A stretch of 64,000 nt of DNA, from the NCBI RefSeq assembly GCF_964355755.1, contig NC_092675.1, positions 5,699,812 to 5,763,811 on the forward strand, given 5' to 3'. The translations under genes and the position numbers were made by a program. This DNA comes from Antedon mediterranea (taxonomy: Eukaryota > Animalia > Echinodermata). Within the stretch, counting starts at the first letter, position 1; every line of letters begins with the position of its first letter. Below, in pieces: positions 61,935 through 64,000 of this stretch. The notes under the pieces were generated by a model. It was not told where the DNA came from. It saw nothing but the letters and a program-made list of their open reading frames with translations, and did not search any database.

Positions 61935-62670
61935 ATGTATGGAACATACATACCTATCGTTGTACTATTCTGCCAGAACAGTTTTGCTGTTAGATTTGCC
62001 TATCAACCAATGAACCATTCAGTAGCAGAAGGAAGAGAAGCATATGTTAATTGTATTCTTAGAGATATCCAAGAAATCATGAAACGTAACTATGACGTCA
62101 TCTGGACCAAAGGTGCTTATGTTATCAGCCAACCAAGTAATGGATTTGATCTGGCACGATTTACTTTTCACAATCGATATGATGATGGAAGACACTTTTT
62201 GAGGATGAGACCAGTCAAGAGAGAAGATGCAGGGGATTACCAATGTTTTTAAAATACAATGGTAGTATCCTTCTTACTTCAAGTATTGGGAAGCTCAATG
62301 TGCGTGAAATACCATCAGATGTATTTCCAATTGTACGCTTTACGAAGTTGGCTTACAACATCGACGACATTATCTTTGTGACTTGTGTATGTGAAAAAAC
62401 AACTCCTGAACCTGATTTAAAGTGGGACACATCATCACAATTTTATTTTTCACATGAAAAATGGCCAATTATATCAAACGATACACACATTTGGATTGAG
62501 GAATCAGAAACAGCATCCGCCCTTATGAATGGCTCTCGATACGTATGTAAATTAAAAGTACCAGATGAAGTTGCTCCAAGATATGCTGAAAGCGAACCAC
62601 TTTACGTCATAAATAAAGATGTCAATAAAACTATTAAGCATGTGACATCACCAGAAAGAAAGCATATGAT
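61935..62670 (+). pseudogene. Type B Ig gene copy B3, frameshifted and truncated before the TM
   Basis: Acceptor at 61914 and ATG at 61935, as in B1; 1-nt deletion at about 62247 (tgtttttaaaatac vs tgttatttRaaa in B1/B2) joins ORFs 61878-62252 and 62243-62698; homology stops at SPERKH where a transposon end begins. Confidence 0.85.
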
Positions 62671-62672
62671 AG

Positions 62673-64000
62673 TAGGCATGTTAAGGAGCATATTTTAGGC
62701 AAATCCTTCAAATTGTGATAACATTTTGAAACTTTGCACAGTTATTCATTAGGGTGTCAAAAATATGAAATGGAAGGGTTGCACAAAATTTTGTCAGGGG
62801 AAAGCCGCCATTTTGGATTTCAAAATGGCGGACCTCAAATTTTCACTTGTCATGTATATCTCTGCTAAAGAGGCACCTAGAGTTCTGATTTACATGCAAA
62901 ATATAATATGGTAGTGGGGTCACCAAACATATTGGTATAATTAACATTTGATTGCATGGCGGCCATGTTGGATTTCAAAATGGCGGACTTCAAATGTTCA
63001 CTTTTCAGGTATATCTCTGCTAAAAAGGCACCTAGAATTCTGATTTTAGGTGCAAATTATAATTATGGTAATGGGGTCACCAAACATATTCGTATAACTA
63101 ACATTTTGATTGCATGGCGGCCATGTTGGATTTCAAAATGGCGGACCCCCAATAACTTTCCAGGTATATCTCTGCTAAAAAGGTACACAGAGTTCTGATT
63201 TTAGGTGCAAATTATATGGTAATGGGTCACCAAATATATTGCTATTTAACTAACACTTTGATTATATGGCGGCCATTTTGAATTTCAAAATGGCAAGCTC
63301 AAAATATTTCAGTACGGTACCTACAGTTATAATTTTAGGTACAAAGTATAATATGGTATTGAGGTCAACAAACATATTGGTATAACGTCTTTGATTGCAT
63401 GGCGGCCCTTTTGAATGTAGCTCAAACCTGGTAACCACACAGCTCTGTACATCATAAATCACTCTTTCTGCATTTACAGTGTCCAAGTCCAAGATCACAG
63501 TCGGTGTGTCACAGCGATTTGTGACATCTGAAAGTTCCGGCAATGAACTCCAAACTGGACTAAATTTGTTGCCGTCCTTCCTCCATCCCCAGTTTGCTGG
63601 GTCCTGTTCAACCCTGAATGCATCTAGTAGACAGTTGTACCACTTTCTGGCTTGTAGAAAAGACCGTTTCACATGTTCTCTTAATGCCGCAGATGTTGGG
63701 GGGGGGGGGGATATTTTCAATAGTCTGTAGTAAAAAGATATCGTCTTGCATCATTTACCTTCTTTCTACTGTACATAGTTACAACAAACTGTTCTAGATA
63801 ATCTGTGTCACTAACATCCCCTACAGACAATGACATCGTCTCAAATTCCTTTCCTTGAACAGATGAAGTTGTATCAGAACTGCTAAAGGAATGAAAGAAC
63901 AAGTAAGCGGCTGATGCTTGTGATCCAAGAGAAGTAATCTTGTGTATTGAGATATACTTCAAGTGCTTCCCCACTCCAAACTCGATCCAAAGCTTGTGGA
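62673..64000 (-). mobile_element. Degenerate DNA transposon, probably AcademX-like (XPG-like nuclease C-terminal region), running off the window
   Basis: LFFHSFSSSDTTSS, VNDARRYLF, PPTSAALREHVKRSFLQA..W..DPANWGW; about 150-160-bp subterminal repeats with GCCATTTTGGATTTCAAAATGGC palindromes at 62804-63415; TAG terminus. Superfamily assignment is from recalled motifs. Confidence 0.65.

Noticed and set aside
37931-62670. Ig genes as recent LINE-made retrocopies
   Set aside because: No poly(A) tails or TSDs seen; B1 and B3 keep a 5' UTR splice acceptor and copies share upstream DNA, indicating DNA-level duplication.
37931-62670. Rearranging V-segment locus
   Set aside because: Each gene is a complete ORF with its own signal peptide and (except B3) TM; I saw no heptamer/nonamer signals or separate J/C segments.

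Overview
AT-rich eukaryotic (metazoan, probably invertebrate) genomic DNA with GT-AG introns; I cannot identify the species from the sequence. There are three zones. (1) About 4.7-19.3 kb (+): the 3' part of a multi-EGF, single-pass, neuregulin/EGFR-ligand-like gene. Its membrane-proximal EGF is split by an intron between Cys4 and Cys5 and can be completed by a cassette exon plus two mutually exclusive exons, resembling NRG1 alpha/beta. A Penelope-like hairpin element carrying a minimal G3:C8 hammerhead follows. (2) About 25-31 kb (-): a complete 9-coding-exon SLC9B (NHA) Na+/H+ antiporter whose last splice acceptor plus first 54 exon nt is amplified about 27 times as a 67-bp array. Upstream lies a Gypsy relic interrupted by nested non-autonomous elements. 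(3) About 38-63 kb: a TE-rich cluster of Ig-superfamily receptor genes with intronless coding sequences, arranged as divergent pairs. 3-Ig short-tailed type A genes (-) lie head-to-head with 2-Ig type B genes (+). The cluster shows a strongly diverged distal domain, differing tyrosine-motif tails, a pseudogene and fragments, and is a candidate diversifying recognition locus. All coordinates were read by eye.
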